Shown here: positions 36,294 through 37,732 of the stretch, one piece after another
Numbering within the stretch: position 1 is the stretch's first letter
Layout: the number at the start of each line of letters is the position of its first letter
Origin: Nemertoderma westbladi
Taxonomy: Eukaryota > Animalia > Xenacoelomorpha
Assembly: GCA_032718475.1 (NCBI GenBank)
Contig: JAUCBJ010001388.1
Location: forward strand, 1 to 37,732
Length of the DNA: 37,732 bases
Direction: 5' to 3'
Program-made: the position numbers and the translations under genes
Notes under the pieces: generated by a model
Seen by the model: the letters and a program-made list of their open reading frames with translations, nothing else
Database searches by the model: none
What the model was told of the DNA's origin: nothing

Positions 36294-37000
36294 TTAACCC
36301 TATTTGGCCCGGGAGGGGGTGGTGGTTTATAAATTTTTTTGTAATTCATCTGTATCTTTGAGTTAGGTTTGTTGGAAAAACCTAGACTTTTCCTAAAATG
36401 TAACGGGCTATCCAATAGAGCAAACGCCATTTATATGGCTATGTTAGTTTTTGTGTTGGTGGCTTTCTGGCACCCATCTCCAATATTTTTCGTGCTAAAT
36501 TTTTCAAAAGTTTTTATGGCTCACTAAAATTAATTTATTTGCGGTATACCACCCGTTATCATGAATGATTTTTAACGACTTGTATTAGCGACCTTGAAAA
36601 CCAGTAGGCCCTATAGCTTGAGAATTACCAAACTAAAGGCAAATTGGTAATTTTTTGCTGCTTGTATTTTTCGTTTTGGTGCACCAGAATGGCACAAAAT
36701 TGGATTTGCATTACCAGAAATATTTATAACTATTTTCATCGTGATAAAGCGACTATGAAAACCCGTATACATTCAGAATTTTCAAACCAAATACAAAATC
36801 TTTTAGTTTGACATTTTTTTTACTTGTACAGTACTTTTCGTCCTGGAGGACTAAAATAGCACCAAAAATGAAGGTTGATTTACCAGAAAATAATTTTAAC
36901 AAGTTTTATCGTGATCAGCGACATCGAAAACCCTTATACCATCAAAATTGTAATTTTTGAGCCAAGATCTAAAAAATTTCTAAAATGACCCACAGACAGC
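36294..37000. mobile_element. Left end and body of a piggyBac-like non-autonomous DNA transposon
   Basis: TTAA followed by CCCTATTTGGCCCGGG. Internal ~150-bp-spaced repeats GCGAC...GAAAACC (about 36588, 36749, 36918) and TTACCAGAAA. Right terminus not found. Confidence 0.5.
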
Positions 37001-37732
37001 CACCCCCCCCCACCCCGCCATCCGATCCTGTACACCCGTAATAATTCTACCCTTTTCACAAAATTATCACCAGAGTTACAAGCGTTATATAATATTCCAC
37101 TCCTCATCTCAGTAGGCCTAATGCTTTAAGTTTTAAGAAAAATACTCTGCAATCTCAACAGCGCCATTTTGCATCATTCGGAATATTCAATTAGAACATG
37201 TAAATACTCAATTTAACCGTAAGTTGGCGCTACGTACAAAACGTAAATTATTATTTAACTTATAAAGATGCTTAAACAAAATAATTTGTGTGTCAGTTTG
37301 TCTGTATGTACAGTATTTGCAAACTAATAATGCTATCCGAACTTATTTAACTCTACAGTAGAATAGTAAATTAGGTGTTCCGACATCATCGTTGGGGTAG
37401 GCTAGTAATGCTTGACGGAAGCAATACTATTCATATTCAACATCTCCAAGGGAACTGAGTACGAGGAATAATTAAACTGGAATTAACTGCTATTGACTCA
37501 GTGTTTTTGTTAGAGTCTGCGTCTGGAATCCATATTCTTAACCCCAATTGATAGTAAACATTCTTGATCGGCCCAGAAGTGAATTGGGCTGAAAAATTTA
37601 TTTATTAAAAAAAAATTTATTAAGCATTTTAAGTTATTAAGCATGTTATCTCTATTATAACCCCCCCCCCCCCCCCCCCCCAAAAAAAAATTAATGACTT
37701 CGCCTATACACCGTCATGGTGTATATGTAGGC

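Noticed and set aside
171-36313. Two piggyBac-like termini bracketing the window as one giant transposon
   Set aside because: They face outward: TTAA lies on the inner side of each, so they belong to two separate elements.
1339-37690. Poly-C and poly-G runs (e.g. 1340, 8191, 15789, 33146, 37661)
   Set aside because: Dispersed homopolymers, often inside repeats, with no specific structure.

Overview
AT-rich invertebrate animal genomic DNA with spliceosomal GT-AG introns; an ambulacrarian origin is a tentative impression only. The one intact host gene is a six-exon Iroquois (Irx, TALE homeobox) gene on the minus strand (29179-25491, about 414 aa, with homeodomain and IRO box). Its fourth intron holds four decayed tandem copies of the end of the homeobox exon plus its splice donor. 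At the left, an intronless GT31 beta-1,3-glycosyltransferase pseudogene is split by a young, 5'-truncated CR1-group LINE (846-6830, 7-bp TSD). This LINE has an SGNH-esterase ORF1 and an ORF2 in which a ~350-codon multi-hydrophobic leader is joined to APE-RT through a 2A-like GDVHPNPGP motif; this is the most unusual system here. Next come a decayed Gypsy element interrupted by an RTE LINE and a ~13 kb gene desert. Upstream of Irx lie a SINE-derived fold-back palindrome, a CRE-clade LINE fragment, an L2 fragment interrupted by a chimeric RTE insertion with a 64-bp target duplication, a hAT MITE and a piggyBac-like end. All calls were made by eye; no searches were run.
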